64,000 bases of DNA from Gemmatimonadales bacterium. Lineage in GTDB: Bacteria; Gemmatimonadota; Gemmatimonadetes; Gemmatimonadales; GWC2-71-9. Position 1 is the stretch's first letter, and each line of letters starts with the position of its first letter. Positions 19,760-31,022 of this stretch are shown here, one piece after another. The notes below the pieces were generated by a model. That model saw nothing but the letters and a program-made list of their open reading frames with translations. It was not told the origin of the DNA and made no database searches. The DNA lies in contig JBFJCP010000007.1 in the NCBI GenBank assembly GCA_041615815.1, forward strand, positions 64,001-128,000. Direction: 5' to 3'. Made by a program: the position numbers and the translations under genes.

Positions 19760-21028
19760 ATGTCCACCTCCGTGGCACCCCGACGTCAGACGTTGAACAT
19801 TGGCCAGATCGTCATCAATCAGCTCGATCGGGCGGCGGATCTGATCGGGCTCGAGGATTATTTGCGCCAAATGCTCACCATGCCATTTCGGTCGGTGTCG
19901 GTCGGAGTACCTGTCCGAATGGATGACGGCGAGATCCACGTGCTACGGGGTTATCGCGTGCAACACAACGGGGCACGCGGCCCGTGCAAGGGGGGTGTCC
20001 GCTACCATCCGGAGGCGGATGAGGAGGAAGTGTTGGGCCTCGCCACAACCATGACATGGAAGACTGCGCTCATGCAGATTCCATTTGGCGGTGCCAAGGG
20101 CGGTGTTCAGGTGGACTCTCGCAAGCTCTCCATTCGCGAAAAAGAGGCGGTGACCCGCAGCTTCACGAGCCGCATCGCCATCGTGCTGGGGCCCTACCGG
20201 GACATTCCGGCGCCCGACATGGGCACCGATCAGCAGGTGATGGCTTGGATGCTCGACGAGTATTCCAAGCGCAAGGGATACTCCCCCGCGTGCGTCACCG
20301 GCAAGCCGCTATCGCTCGGCGGGTCACTTGGCCGCGAGGAGGCGACGGGACGGGGTGTTTGGTACGCCATGCGGGAATATGGGAACGATTATGGCATTCC
20401 CATCAAGGGCTCCCGGACCGTGATCCAGGGTTTCGGGAACGTGGGCGCCCATCTCGCCCAGTTTCTCTACGAAGACGGTGCCAAGGTCACGGCGGTGAGC
20501 GACGCCGACGGTGGGCTCCACAATGAAGACGGCATCGACATTCCCAATCTGTTTCACCACTCCTACGTCGAGCGCAAACCGGTCTCCGAATTTCCCGGTG
20601 GTGACGCCATCACCAATCGGGACCTATGGAAGGTCGCGTGTGACTGGTTGGTGCCAGCAGCGATCGGAGGGGTCATCAGCAAGGAGCAGAACGCAAGCAC
20701 GGTGGATTGTCGCGTCGTCGTCGAAGCCGCCAATAGCCCGGTGACGTCCATTGCGGATCGTATTCTCGAGGACCGTGGGATCCCCGTGCTCCCGGACTTC
20801 CTGGTGAACGCGGGTGGTGTCATCGTCAGCTACTTCGAGTGGGTGCAAAACCTCCAGCAACATCCCTGGTCAATCGATCAGGTCAAGGACGGATTACTGC
20901 GTCGCATGACGACCGCGTACACTGCCGTGCGGGACCTCGTTGAGGAAAAAGACGTGCCCTGGCGCACTGCTGCGTACATGATTGCGCTGGCCAGGGTGGC
21001 CGAGGCGGAGCGACTCCGAGGGCACTGA
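19760..21028 (+). CDS. gdhA: Glu/Leu/Phe/Val dehydrogenase (glutamate dehydrogenase-like)
   Basis: GPCKGGVRYHP, PFGGAKGG, DIPAPD, QGFGNVG, NAGGVIVSYFEW. Confidence 0.9.
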   Translation: MSTSVAPRRQTLNIGQIVINQLDRAADLIGLEDYLRQMLTMPFRSVSVGVPVRMDDGEIHVLRGYRVQHNGARGPCKGGVRYHPEADEEEVLGLATTMTWKTALMQIPFGGAKGGVQVDSRKLSIREKEAVTRSFTSRIAIVLGPYRDIPAPDMGTDQQVMAWMLDEYSKRKGYSPACVTGKPLSLGGSLGREEATGRGVWYAMREYGNDYGIPIKGSRTVIQGFGNVGAHLAQFLYEDGAKVTAVSDADGGLHNEDGIDIPNLFHHSYVERKPVSEFPGGDAITNRDLWKVACDWLVPAAIGGVISKEQNASTVDCRVVVEAANSPVTSIADRILEDRGIPVLPDFLVNAGGVIVSYFEWVQNLQQHPWSIDQVKDGLLRRMTTAYTAVRDLVEEKDVPWRTAAYMIALARVAEAERLRGH

Positions 21029-21053
21029 GCCAGACGGGGGTTAGCGCCGCGGC

Positions 21054-22226
21054 TCAGGGATTTGTCTGGGGACTATTGCGTGTCCCTGCGTCTGTGCCTT
21101 CCGCGCCGGTCAACCTCGCCACGAGCGTAAAGGGATCGACGTCTCGATCGTCACGGACCGCGACGACGATCCGTTGCGTGGCCTCCCGAATGTCCCGGTC
21201 ATGCTCATCAAAGAGGCTGTCGAACATTTCGAGTTGTTGTCGATAGATTCTGGCGGCGTACACGGCGGCGTTGTTGAGAGGCCGCCGAGCAAGCCACTCC
21301 GCAGGATACACCTCCAGTTCTCCACCGAGCGAATCACGCAGCACTCCGCGGGCTCGCTCGAACACCACCTCACGCTCCTCGAGCACGACGGCTTCGGGAC
21401 TCCCGTGGGCGTACAGCGTTTGGAGCTCACCGGTGAGCCACCGGTAGAAGCGCCCCAGTCGAATCTCGTCACGCCATCGGGCAGCCGCCCGGGCCGCCGC
21501 ATTCGAGTCGCCACGGCTCAGAAAGAACCGCTCCGCGCCCAGGTATCCCACGAAAGACGCAAAGCTCTCATTGAACTCCGTGGCGCTCGGAACGTACAGA
21601 GTGTTGTGGGCGATCTCGTGGATCACGGTAGCCACGAGCCACACGGGATCGTCGCTCAACGCCGTGGACAGGAGTGGGTCGTTGAACCAACCCAGTGTCG
21701 AAAACGCCCCCGATGTACGCAGATAGGTGTCGAAACCTCGGGTTTCGAGGGCGGTGGCAGCGGCCCGGCCGGCGTCGGCATCGAAGAACCCTTTGTACGG
21801 CACGGCGCCGACGATCGGATACCGCCAGATATAGGGTGCGAGCTCCGTCCGCGGGCTCGCCGTGAGCACCAATACGAGCGTGTCACGGCCCACTTCCGTA
21901 AATGTGGTGAAGGTTTCGCCGGGATCGAGGTCCAGCGAATCCGCCGCGAAGCCCCGCGCATCGAGAACGAGTCGAAACTGTGCCCGGCGTGACGCGGCAA
22001 CCGTGGAATCCGCCACCAAACGTTCGAGCGAGCGGCGCTTCAGCAGGATTCTGGCTTCCTCGTACCCCGCCCGGAGGAGGAATTTGGCCTCCCGGCTGAC
22101 CATCGCGACCACGACTCCCAGAAGCAGGATGCCGCCCAGCCCGGCGGCCAACCACCGCCGCCATCCCCATCGTCGCCCACGTCCGGCCACACGTTCCCTA
22201 CGTTCCACGTCGTGCTCTGCGTTCAC
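21054..22226 (-). CDS. Putative aminopeptidase (DUF2265-like zinc peptidase)
   Basis: N-terminal TM segment, [28 protein letters not shown]. Confidence 0.85.
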   Translation of the reverse strand: MNAEHDVERRERVAGRGRRWGWRRWLAAGLGGILLLGVVVAMVSREAKFLLRAGYEEARILLKRRSLERLVADSTVAASRRAQFRLVLDARGFAADSLDLDPGETFTTFTEVGRDTLVLVLTASPRTELAPYIWRYPIVGAVPYKGFFDADAGRAAATALETRGFDTYLRTSGAFSTLGWFNDPLLSTALSDDPVWLVATVIHEIAHNTLYVPSATEFNESFASFVGYLGAERFFLSRGDSNAAARAAARWRDEIRLGRFYRWLTGELQTLYAHGSPEAVVLEEREVVFERARGVLRDSLGGELEVYPAEWLARRPLNNAAVYAARIYRQQLEMFDSLFDEHDRDIREATQRIVVAVRDDRDVDPFTLVARLTGAEGTDAGTRNSPQTNP

Positions 22227-23134
22227 AGCGTCAACCGTAGGCCAAATCGGTGTGCCGGCTCCCGTAACAGGTCATCCTGCCGGTATGCATAGTCGAGGTT
22301 GAACCGCGGGAAGGTAAACGTGGCGCCATACGTGGCCGCTGAGAACTGCGACATCGTGGGTCGAGAGCTCCACGCCAACCGGCCAACGACGCCGATCTTG
22401 CTTCCCAAGACGACGCCCGCCTCGCCGCCCAACACGAGTCTCGCGGATTCGTCTTCGGGCCATTGCACCTCGAGCACCGAGAGCAGTCGGAAGGATTCCT
22501 GTGGATCGACGTAGTTCATGGTGAATCCCAGACGCGACAGGCTGGGCATGTCGGGCACGGGATCGTCCCAATTCCCGCCAATGTTCTGGCGTGAGAACCC
22601 GATCGCCATGATGTCGAAGAAGGCGATGGCGAGACCGGCATCGGCGCTCAGCCCGGTTTGGATCAATGTGTCCAGCCTGTTGCGGAGCACCTTGGCGCTG
22701 CCGCCGAGCGCGATGAGGCCGAATCGATAGACCAATGCGCCGACTCCCAGAAACTCGCGGGCACGCGCACCGGCCGTGACCGGAACACCGAAGAGCGCCG
22801 GGGTCGACCCGAGATCAGCGTACTCGAATCCGAATCCGACGTCGAACTGACGCAGCCGCCATGCCAACGCGCCGGCGGCCACATAGGCGTCCGATGGTGC
22901 GGTGCGGAAGGCTCCCTCGATGGCGATATGCCGGATCGTCGCCAGGCCGGCCGGATTCGAAAACACCGCACCGGCGTCGCCCACCAAGGCCGCGCCGGCG
23001 CCGTTGAGCCCTGCGTGCCGTACCGACACCGGTGTGCGAAACAGAATCGCGGGAAGGCTGTCAGCCTGGGCGGCGGGCGCAGGAGATGGCCACACCACGC
23101 CAAGCGCGGCGCCGACGGCCAGGAGGGTCTTCAC
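22223..23134 (-). CDS. Outer-membrane beta-barrel protein, PorV/PorQ/FadL-like
   Basis: Signal peptide from GTG 23134; [24 protein letters not shown] plug motif; C-terminal DYAY...HRFGLRLTL. Confidence 0.65.
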   Translation of the reverse strand: MKTLLAVGAALGVVWPSPAPAAQADSLPAILFRTPVSVRHAGLNGAGAALVGDAGAVFSNPAGLATIRHIAIEGAFRTAPSDAYVAAGALAWRLRQFDVGFGFEYADLGSTPALFGVPVTAGARAREFLGVGALVYRFGLIALGGSAKVLRNRLDTLIQTGLSADAGLAIAFFDIMAIGFSRQNIGGNWDDPVPDMPSLSRLGFTMNYVDPQESFRLLSVLEVQWPEDESARLVLGGEAGVVLGSKIGVVGRLAWSSRPTMSQFSAATYGATFTFPRFNLDYAYRQDDLLREPAHRFGLRLTL

Positions 23135-23141
23135 CGCTCGA

Positions 23142-25313
23142 TCACCGAATCCGAACCACGTTGAGCCTCGGAACGACGCTGGGAGCGATGGTGCCACCGC
23201 CGGGATCGGTGAACTGAAGCGTGAAGCCGCGCTGCGTCGCGACCTGGACGACGCGGAGATAATCCCCGGAGCCAGACCGCAACGTGCCCAGCAATTCGAA
23301 AGTCCCGCCGATCACTGAATCGGGCACCAGGGGGAATGGGCGATCGAAATTCCCGGGGTCCTGCTGATTGAGCGAGCCGTAGGTGGTGCGAAATGCCCAG
23401 GTGTCGTAGCGCAGTCGAGCGGGCGGCGTGAAGTTGGGCAGATCCGACACATAGTTGGCAAGGAACCATTGGGCGAGGAGGGGACCGATGGACTCGCCGG
23501 TCGCATTCTCGATGTTGCCGGCGCCGGTAAACGGCGTCTCCGAGAGTCGACGAACCACGTTGGCTCCGAACTGATCCACCACCCACCGAAGGAACAGCCA
23601 CGCAGCTCCTCGCTCCTCGAGCGTTCCTGTCCCGTCGCCGAACAGGGTGAATTCGAAACCGGGATCTTGCAGATAGAGGAACGCGTTGAACAGGTTGCCG
23701 ATGGCGAAGCGGGAGAACGACGTATCGTCACCCAGCGCCAAAAAATGAAACGCCGCCAGTTCCTCCGCCAGGTGTGACATCGCTTCGTTGAGCCACAAGA
23801 CTTCCGAATTCCCCCGACCCAACAACACGTGCTGATAGTAGCTGATCATGTGCTGCAACTCATGCGTGAATGTCACTGGCACGAGGCGGCGGATCCGCTC
23901 CACCGAATGTGCGCAAGTGACGGATCCGGCGGGGTCGGCGGTCAGCGAGTAGAATACCTCGGCCTGGTTGGACCGCTCGTCATTCCGGAAAGCCGGATCC
24001 ACGTCCAGCGCAAAGAAGAAGCCCGTGATCACCGCGGCTTCACACTCCGCAGTCGGTGTCAGGCCATTCACGACCGGCGTCATGAGAATGACCACCCGTC
24101 CATTACGGTCCACGTCCGACTCGGCGCCGAATGCGAGCGCGTTCACCTCGTACAGATCTTGGTCGAAGGTCCGCCCCAAGGCCATGAAATCCGCATCCGA
24201 CAGCCCGCCTGATGGCGCGTTGAGATCCTGGTAAATGACCGCATGCTCGCCAACGTATTTGACCTCTGCCGTAACGCTTGAGAAGTCACCTGTCTGATTG
24301 CAGGTGATCACATTGCAGACACGGAAGTTCCGGCGATCACCAAGCGCCGGCCCCGCCGCCGCGAGCGGCGCAACGTCCTGACGCAGGGGGGGTTTGGGAA
24401 CGAGCGCGAGCTCCCGCTCGCGCTCGCGGAGCATGTCGTGGAACCGAATGTTGAACGGGAGGGGTGTACGGCGCCGGGGTTGCCGAACGGTCACGGTGAC
24501 GACGGAATCGCCCCGCAACCGATACGCCGCACTCACACCGGGAGCGCCCGTGACTCCCTGCGGGGCGAAGAGATACTCTGCACCGTTCACGCCGGCATCG
24601 GGAAACGTGGCGCATCCGCCGAGCACGGCGGGGTCGATCGACGCGTAGTCGCCCACCGCTAGCTGCACGGGGGCGGCCGACGCTTGATACGTGCCGCTGA
24701 TCGTATTGGACACTGCCAGATCGATGCGGGCACGAAGATCGATCGTGCCGGGGACCAGGCAGATCGGGACCACGGCAGAGGCACTGGTTCCATCGCCGGC
24801 CACGGACAGCACGCGGGCGGGGGTCGCGCCGAACTCCAGGACGACCGACCCAATCAGATTGGTTCCGTCCACTTGAACGATGTCACCACCGGTGAACGTA
24901 CTGGGCGTCACCGCGGTCAGTTGGGGCGGGTCGGTGGCCGTCGCCGTGAACTCGACGGTGCGATTCCGGTTGTTCGCCAGCGTCGCCCGGACCGCATAGC
25001 TGCCCGTGGCGGGACCGAGCGTGAGCCCCACCTCGGCCCGCCCGGTTCCGTCGGCCACCGTGACCGCATTGGAGAGGGATGCACCGGTCCCAGTCGTGAC
25101 GGTCCACTCCACCTGGCCGCGCGGCGCTACGGCGCCATCTTCGGCGCGCACGATGACCGCCAGTGGACTCGCGAGGCGCGCCCCGGCGGGGGCGCGCTGA
25201 GCATCCGTGGCGGCCACCACCTCGAGGTTGTCGGGGATCGGAAGATCGACACCGTCGCCGCCACACGCCATGCCGAGCGAAGCGGCTCCCATCCAGAACG
25301 TCAGTTTTCGCAA
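23142..25313 (-). CDS. Lipoprotein with Ig-like and IPT/TIG domains and an M30-like zinc metallopeptidase domain
   Basis: Lipobox GMAC, Ig-like N-terminus, PQLTAVTP TIG start, HELQHMI plus WLNEAMSHLAEE. Confidence 0.8.
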   Translation of the reverse strand: MRKLTFWMGAASLGMACGGDGVDLPIPDNLEVVAATDAQRAPAGARLASPLAVIVRAEDGAVAPRGQVEWTVTTGTGASLSNAVTVADGTGRAEVGLTLGPATGSYAVRATLANNRNRTVEFTATATDPPQLTAVTPSTFTGGDIVQVDGTNLIGSVVLEFGATPARVLSVAGDGTSASAVVPICLVPGTIDLRARIDLAVSNTISGTYQASAAPVQLAVGDYASIDPAVLGGCATFPDAGVNGAEYLFAPQGVTGAPGVSAAYRLRGDSVVTVTVRQPRRRTPLPFNIRFHDMLRERERELALVPKPPLRQDVAPLAAAGPALGDRRNFRVCNVITCNQTGDFSSVTAEVKYVGEHAVIYQDLNAPSGGLSDADFMALGRTFDQDLYEVNALAFGAESDVDRNGRVVILMTPVVNGLTPTAECEAAVITGFFFALDVDPAFRNDERSNQAEVFYSLTADPAGSVTCAHSVERIRRLVPVTFTHELQHMISYYQHVLLGRGNSEVLWLNEAMSHLAEELAAFHFLALGDDTSFSRFAIGNLFNAFLYLQDPGFEFTLFGDGTGTLEERGAAWLFLRWVVDQFGANVVRRLSETPFTGAGNIENATGESIGPLLAQWFLANYVSDLPNFTPPARLRYDTWAFRTTYGSLNQQDPGNFDRPFPLVPDSVIGGTFELLGTLRSGSGDYLRVVQVATQRGFTLQFTDPGGGTIAPSVVPRLNVVRIR

Positions 25314-25462
25314 GGTGTTAGCCTCCTCTGCGGCGGCCCGGTCTGGACCTCGGAAACCGCCAATGCCGTCCCGAAAACCGGCCCGTGGTCGCGCCCGGTC
25401 GGAGTCCCGGGGCGCGGGGCAAAACCCGTGTAAGTTATTATTCTACACCTGGATACGTCGTT

Positions 25463-25491
25463 TTGACAACGGCCATGAGCTACGGTAGCTT
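25463..25491 (+). promoter_or_regulatory. Sigma70-type promoter of dnaE
   Basis: TTGACA-N17-TAGCTT, 34 bp upstream of the ATG. Confidence 0.65.
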
Positions 25492-25525
25492 ACGACGAAG
25501 TTGCCACCCACAACCCGGCCGGTGC

Positions 25526-28500
25526 ATGGCATTCGTCCACCTCCACACGCACTCTGAGTACTCCTTACTGGACGGGGCGATCCGGATTCCGGATCTCGTC
25601 CAGAGCGTCACGCGGCTGGGAATGGACAGCCTCGCGCTCACCGATCACGGCAACCTCCACGCCGCCGTGGCGTTCTATCGCCAGGCGCGGGAAGCACATA
25701 TCCGGCCCATCCTGGGGTTCGAAGCCTACCTCGCCTTTGGCTCCCGCCACGACCGGGAGCGTCCATCGGGGGCGCCGGCGCAGTACTCGCATCTCGTGCT
25801 CCTCGCGCGCAACCGGACGGGCTACCAGAACCTCATCCGGCTTTCGTCCATCGGCTATCTGGAGGGATACTACCGCCGTCCACGCATCGACAAAGAGGTG
25901 TTGGCGGAGCACGGGGAGGGTATCGTCTGCTTGGCGGCCTGCTTGTCCGGTGAAGTCGCGTTGTGGCTCCGACAGCACAATTACGAGGCTGCTCGTGAGG
26001 CCGCGCAGTGGTTCGCGCGCGCGTTTGGACCGAACGGATTCTGGCTCGAGGTGCAGGATCACGGCATCGCCGACGAACACATCGTTCGGGACGGCATGTT
26101 CAAGCTGGGAGAGGAGCTGGGACTCCCGGTGGTGGCGACGAACGACGCCCACTACTTGGAGCGAGCCGACCACGAGGCGCACGACTGTCTCCTGGCTATC
26201 GGGACGGGCAAAGATCTCGACGATCCAAACCGGTTTCGCTTTTACGGGGAAGAAAGCTATCTCAAGTCCGAGACGGAGATGGCTCAACTGTTCCCCGGCC
26301 GGCCCGATGTCTTGGAAAACACGCAGCGTGTGGCCGACTTGTGCGAGTTCGATTTCGAGAAGCGGTACTTCCTGCCTGAGTTTCCCCGCCCGGACGAATA
26401 CGCATCTGACAACGATTTGCTCGTCGAGTTGGCCACGCAAGGGGCGAACGCCCGATATGGGCACCCGCTTCCTGCCGCGGCCCGCGAACGACTGGAGTAT
26501 GAACTATCGGTCATCACGACGACGGGATACGCCGGGTATTTCCTAATCGTTCAGGACTTCATCAACGCCGCACGAGCCCGCGGGATTCCGGTGGGCCCCG
26601 GCCGCGGCTCCGCGGCGGGTTCCCTCGTTGCGTATGCCCTCGGCATCACTGGGGTGGATCCTCTGCGGTTCGATCTTCTGTTCGAGCGATTCTTGAATCC
26701 CGAGCGGATCTCCATGCCGGACATCGACGTGGATTTCTGCTACGAGCGTCGCGGCGAGGTCATCGACTACGTTCGTGAGCGATACGGGGCGGACAGCGTT
26801 GGCCAGATCATCACGTTCGGAACCTTGAAAGCGCGGGCGGCAGTGCGGGATATCGCCCGCGTGTTGCGGGTGAGTCCGAGCGACGTGGATCGACTGGCCA
26901 AGCTCATTCCGTCGAGCCCCGGTTACTCGCTGTCGTTAGCGCAGGCTGTGGACAAGGTGGCGGACCTGAAACAGCTTGCCGAGGAGAACCAGACCGTGAA
27001 TCGGCTGGTGGACTTGGCGCAACGCATCGAGGGTCTCGCGCGTCACGCATCCGTGCATGCCGCGGGCATCGTGATCGCCCCAGGGCCATTGGTCGATTAC
27101 GTACCGGTCTGTACGCCTCCACAGCGAAACGGCGGCGACGGGACGGACGCCATCATCACCCAGTACGACATGACCGGTCTCGAGAAGGTCGGCATGTTGA
27201 AGATGGACTTTCTGGGACTCAAGACCCTCACGGTCATCCACGACGCCCTCGCCATGATCATCGAGCGGCACGGGACCTCGATCGACCTGGACGCGATCGA
27301 GCTGGACGATCCTCCGGTATACGAGCTGCTCCGGGCCGGCAGGACGGCCGGCATCTTCCAATTCGAGTCCGCGCTGGGCACCGACATGCTTCGACAGCTC
27401 CGCGCTGATCGCTTCGACGACCTCGTGGCAACCAATGCGTTGGTCCGTCCTGGTCCGCTGGACTCTGGCATGCACCTGGTCTACATCCGGCGCAAGCGGG
27501 GCGACGAGCAGGTTCGCTACCCGCATCCCCAGCTCAAAGAAGTACTGGAGCCGACCTACGGGGTCATTCTGTATCAGGAGCAGTTGATGCGGATCGCCAA
27601 CGTGTTGGCGGGCTACACGCTGGCCGAGGCGGATGTCCTTCGGAAGGCGGTTGGGAAGAAGGATCAGGAGCTGATCGACGCAGAACTGGCGCGATTCGTG
27701 GACCGCTGCGTTGAGCGAGGACACCACCGCCGTGTGATTCAGGACATCGCCGCCCAGATCAAGACGTTCGGTCGATACGGGTTCAACAAGTCGCACTCGG
27801 TGGCATACAGCATTCTCTCTTTTCAGACTGCATGGCTCAAGGCCCACTACCCAGCCGAGTTCATGGCGGCGTTGCTCTCGTCAGAGATTGGTGACACGGA
27901 CAAGGTCGTCACCTATATCAACGAGGCCCGCGAGATGGGGATCGAGGTCCTACCACCGTCGGTGAACGAGTCCGGTTGGAAGTTCACGGTGACTGGTGAT
28001 GATCAGATTCGCTTCGGGCTTGGGGCGGTCCGCAACGTGGGGCGCGGGGCCATCGAGTCCATCATCACCGCGCGGGAGTCAACGGGCCCCTACGAATCGC
28101 TCGCGGATTTCTGCGAGCGCGTGGATCTGCGCCTCTGCAATAAGCGCGTCCTGGAGTCTTTGGTGGCGGCGGGTGCCGTGGATCACCTTGGAAACCATCG
28201 GGCGCAGCTGATGGCCGGTCTCGATGCGGCGCTCGGCGAGGCTCAACTCCGCCAGGCGGAGCGCGAAGCCGGGCAAGCGTTGTTGTTTGGCGACCCCAGT
28301 GATGGGACTGATGGCCCGGCCCGACCGCCCCTTCCCGAGGTGGCTCCGTGGTCGGAAGCCGACCGTCTCACGAAGGAGAAAGCGGTTGTCGGGTTCTTCA
28401 TCTCCGGGCATCCCCTCGAGCGGTACCGCGAGGAGGTCCAGCTCTTCGGGACTCGGACCACGGCGACCTTGGGCACATGGAGTGAGCATCAGGTGGCCGC

Positions 28501-29005
28501 CGCGGTCGTGGTGACGGCCATCAAGCGCCGAATCAGCCGGAAGACGGGAGCCGAATACGCCCGACTGACGTTGGAGGATTTCCACGGGACCGCCGAGGCC
28601 CTGGTGTTCCCTGAAACGTGGAGCAAACTTTCGGAGGTGATCCTGCCGGACCGGGCCCTGTTGTTGACCGGTGGATACAGTGCCCGGGACCGTGGGGAAG
28701 ATCGTGCGCCGTTCATCGTGGAATCCGCACAGCCGTTGGCGGACCTTCGCTCATCCGGCGCCGTGGGGGTTGCGGTGTCCTGGGCGCTCGGAAGCGGGCC
28801 GGATAGGCAGGCTGCCCGGGCTCTGAACACGTTGTGTGCGGCCAACCCCGGACCCGCTCCCCTCTTCGTAGATTGGAGCGACGGGAACGGTACGACGGCG
28901 CGGCTGCGGTCGCGAGCCTGCCGCGTCTCGCTGGACGAGGGGTTTCTGGACGCGCTCCGGGAGTTGTTGGGTGGCGACCGGGTCCGTCTGGTCAGAGCTC
29001 GATAG
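25526..29005 (+). CDS. dnaE: DNA polymerase III alpha subunit
   Basis: PHP FVHLHTHSEYSLLDG, GRGSAAGS, MPDIDVDF, KMDFLGL, YGFNKSH, C-terminal OB fold; no intein evident. Confidence 0.97.
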   Translation: MAFVHLHTHSEYSLLDGAIRIPDLVQSVTRLGMDSLALTDHGNLHAAVAFYRQAREAHIRPILGFEAYLAFGSRHDRERPSGAPAQYSHLVLLARNRTGYQNLIRLSSIGYLEGYYRRPRIDKEVLAEHGEGIVCLAACLSGEVALWLRQHNYEAAREAAQWFARAFGPNGFWLEVQDHGIADEHIVRDGMFKLGEELGLPVVATNDAHYLERADHEAHDCLLAIGTGKDLDDPNRFRFYGEESYLKSETEMAQLFPGRPDVLENTQRVADLCEFDFEKRYFLPEFPRPDEYASDNDLLVELATQGANARYGHPLPAAARERLEYELSVITTTGYAGYFLIVQDFINAARARGIPVGPGRGSAAGSLVAYALGITGVDPLRFDLLFERFLNPERISMPDIDVDFCYERRGEVIDYVRERYGADSVGQIITFGTLKARAAVRDIARVLRVSPSDVDRLAKLIPSSPGYSLSLAQAVDKVADLKQLAEENQTVNRLVDLAQRIEGLARHASVHAAGIVIAPGPLVDYVPVCTPPQRNGGDGTDAIITQYDMTGLEKVGMLKMDFLGLKTLTVIHDALAMIIERHGTSIDLDAIELDDPPVYELLRAGRTAGIFQFESALGTDMLRQLRADRFDDLVATNALVRPGPLDSGMHLVYIRRKRGDEQVRYPHPQLKEVLEPTYGVILYQEQLMRIANVLAGYTLAEADVLRKAVGKKDQELIDAELARFVDRCVERGHHRRVIQDIAAQIKTFGRYGFNKSHSVAYSILSFQTAWLKAHYPAEFMAALLSSEIGDTDKVVTYINEAREMGIEVLPPSVNESGWKFTVTGDDQIRFGLGAVRNVGRGAIESIITARESTGPYESLADFCERVDLRLCNKRVLESLVAAGAVDHLGNHRAQLMAGLDAALGEAQLRQAEREAGQALLFGDPSDGTDGPARPPLPEVAPWSEADRLTKEKAVVGFFISGHPLERYREEVQLFGTRTTATLGTWSEHQVAAAVVVTAIKRRISRKTGAEYARLTLEDFHGTAEALVFPETWSKLSEVILPDRALLLTGGYSARDRGEDRAPFIVESAQPLADLRSSGAVGVAVSWALGSGPDRQAARALNTLCAANPGPAPLFVDWSDGNGTTARLRSRACRVSLDEGFLDALRELLGGDRVRLVRAR

Positions 29006-29017
29006 GAAGACAACGCA

Positions 29018-29980
29018 GTGGCCACTGCTTTCAACTTGGATTTCGAAAAACCGATCATCGAGCTCGAGCGGCAGATTGCGCACCTCAAGCAACTCGCCGC
29101 CGAGCGGCAGCTGGAGGTTCGCGGCGAAATCCGGCCGCTGGAATCGAAGCTGGTCGAGCTCCGGCGCGAGATCTATGAGAGCCTCACCCCCATGCAGCGG
29201 GTGCAGGTGGCGCGGCATCCCCGCCGGCCCTATACGCTCGACTATCTCACCATGATCTTCTCGGACTTCATCGAATTCCGGGGAGATCGGCTCTATCGCG
29301 ACGACCCCGCCATCGTGGGGGGATGGGCGCGCCTCGCTGGCCGTTCCGTGGTGGTGATCGGACATCAGAAGGGGCGCGATACCAAAGAAAACCTCCGCCG
29401 CAATTTCGGCATGCCCCATCCCGAGGGATATCGCAAAGCGCTCCGCCTGATGCGCATGGCCGAGAGATTCCGCGCACCCATCATTACATTGATCGATACG
29501 CCGGGCGCCTACCCCGGACTGGGCGCCGAGGAACGGGGCCAGGCCGAAGCCATCGCTCGCAACCTCGAAGAGATGGCCGCGCTGCAAACGCCGATCATCG
29601 CGGCCGTCATCGGCGAGGGGGGCTCGGGCGGGGCGTTGGCCCTGGGGCTGGGTGACCGCATCCTCATGTTGGAGAACGCGATCTACTCGGTCATTTCTCC
29701 TGAGGGCTGCGCTGCAATCCTCTGGAAGGACGCGTCGCAGAAAGAGCGCGCCGCGGAGGCTTTGAAGCTGACTGCCCAAGACCTGCTGGCCCTGGGCGTC
29801 ATCGACGAGATCGTGCCCGAGCCGCCGGGTGGGGCACATGCCGATCTGGAAGGTGCGGGGGAATTGCTCGCGAGAGCACTGACGCGGCACTTGAAAGAGC
29901 TGGACGCCATGAAGGCCGAGAAACTGATCCGGCTCCGTTTGGAGAAGTATCGCAACATAGGAAGATTCGCCGAGAGCTAA
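29018..29980 (+). CDS. accA: Acetyl-CoA carboxylase carboxyltransferase alpha
   Basis: [40 protein letters not shown]. Confidence 0.97.
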   Translation: MATAFNLDFEKPIIELERQIAHLKQLAAERQLEVRGEIRPLESKLVELRREIYESLTPMQRVQVARHPRRPYTLDYLTMIFSDFIEFRGDRLYRDDPAIVGGWARLAGRSVVVIGHQKGRDTKENLRRNFGMPHPEGYRKALRLMRMAERFRAPIITLIDTPGAYPGLGAEERGQAEAIARNLEEMAALQTPIIAAVIGEGGSGGALALGLGDRILMLENAIYSVISPEGCAAILWKDASQKERAAEALKLTAQDLLALGVIDEIVPEPPGGAHADLEGAGELLARALTRHLKELDAMKAEKLIRLRLEKYRNIGRFAES

Positions 29981-29981
29981 T

Positions 29982-31022
29982 TTGCCCGAACTCATCGAAG
30001 TTCGGTTCAAGGGCAATCGCAAGGACTTTTTCACCTGGGAGCACGACAATCCCCCAGCCGTAGGCGATATCGTCATCGTCGCCGTCGAGCGTGGCCAAGA
30101 CCTGGGCCACATCTCAGCCGTCGGCACCGTCGCCCAAAAGAAATGCGGCATCGGCTGCGAGGGGTGCGCGCTCGCGAAGCCCAAAGAACCCGTCGGGAAG
30201 GTCATTCGAACCGCGTCTGGGGAGGACGCTCACCTCAGCGACGAACTCCGCAAGCGCGAAGAGGACGTGCGCCGCAAGGTGATGGAACGCGTGCGCGTAC
30301 ACAAACTCCCCATGAAGGTGACCGACACGGAATGGCAATGGGACCGGAAGAAACTCACCGTCTACTTCACGGCAGACCGGCGAGTCGATTTCCGGGCGTT
30401 GGTGCGCGATCTCGCCGCACTGTTCCGGACGCGCATCGAGCTGCGACAGATCGGAGCCCGTGACGAGGCCAAACGCCTGGACGGCGTGGGCCGCTGCGGA
30501 CGCCAGTATTGCTGCTCGTCGTGGCTCCCAGAGCTCCGCCCAGTCAGCCTCTCCCTCGCCAAGGATCAGCGGCTGTCACTCAATCCCTCACAAATCTCCG
30601 GCGGCTGTGGTCGTCTGCTGTGTTGTCTGCGGTACGAACACGACTTCTACGTGACCACCCGCAAGCGCTTCCCCAAGGAAGGAAAGACCCTGCGAACTGG
30701 TCAGGGACAGGAGCGCGTCGACGCCGTCGACATCTTTCGGGAGCGCGTCCTCCTCCGAGCCACGGACGGGTCGACGCGAAGCGTGACGCTGACGGAACTG
30801 AAGCACGAGGTGAAACCCGCCGGGCCCACTGCGCCGCAGCTCACGGACCACCCGCCGTCGAGCCTCGTCACCTTCGACGAGTCCGCGACGCCCACAACGA
30901 CCGCCGAGTTTGCTGCTGCGGTCACGCCGCCGAGTAAGAAGCGTCGACGCCGTCGTCGTCGACGCCCGCGCAAACAGCGACCCAACGAATCCGGACCCGA
31001 AGGACAGGACCGTGACGAGTAA
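29982..31022 (+). CDS. PSP1-domain protein (RicT/YaaT-like)
   Basis: RVDFRALVRDLA...RIELRQIGARDE, GRCGRQYCC, SGGCGRLLCCLRYE. Confidence 0.9.
   Translation: MPELIEVRFKGNRKDFFTWEHDNPPAVGDIVIVAVERGQDLGHISAVGTVAQKKCGIGCEGCALAKPKEPVGKVIRTASGEDAHLSDELRKREEDVRRKVMERVRVHKLPMKVTDTEWQWDRKKLTVYFTADRRVDFRALVRDLAALFRTRIELRQIGARDEAKRLDGVGRCGRQYCCSSWLPELRPVSLSLAKDQRLSLNPSQISGGCGRLLCCLRYEHDFYVTTRKRFPKEGKTLRTGQGQERVDAVDIFRERVLLRATDGSTRSVTLTELKHEVKPAGPTAPQLTDHPPSSLVTFDESATPTTTAEFAAAVTPPSKKRRRRRRRRPRKQRPNESGPEGQDRDE

Noticed and set aside
25526..29005. Intein or split in dnaE
   Set aside because: Length of about 1160 aa is normal and no intein motifs are seen
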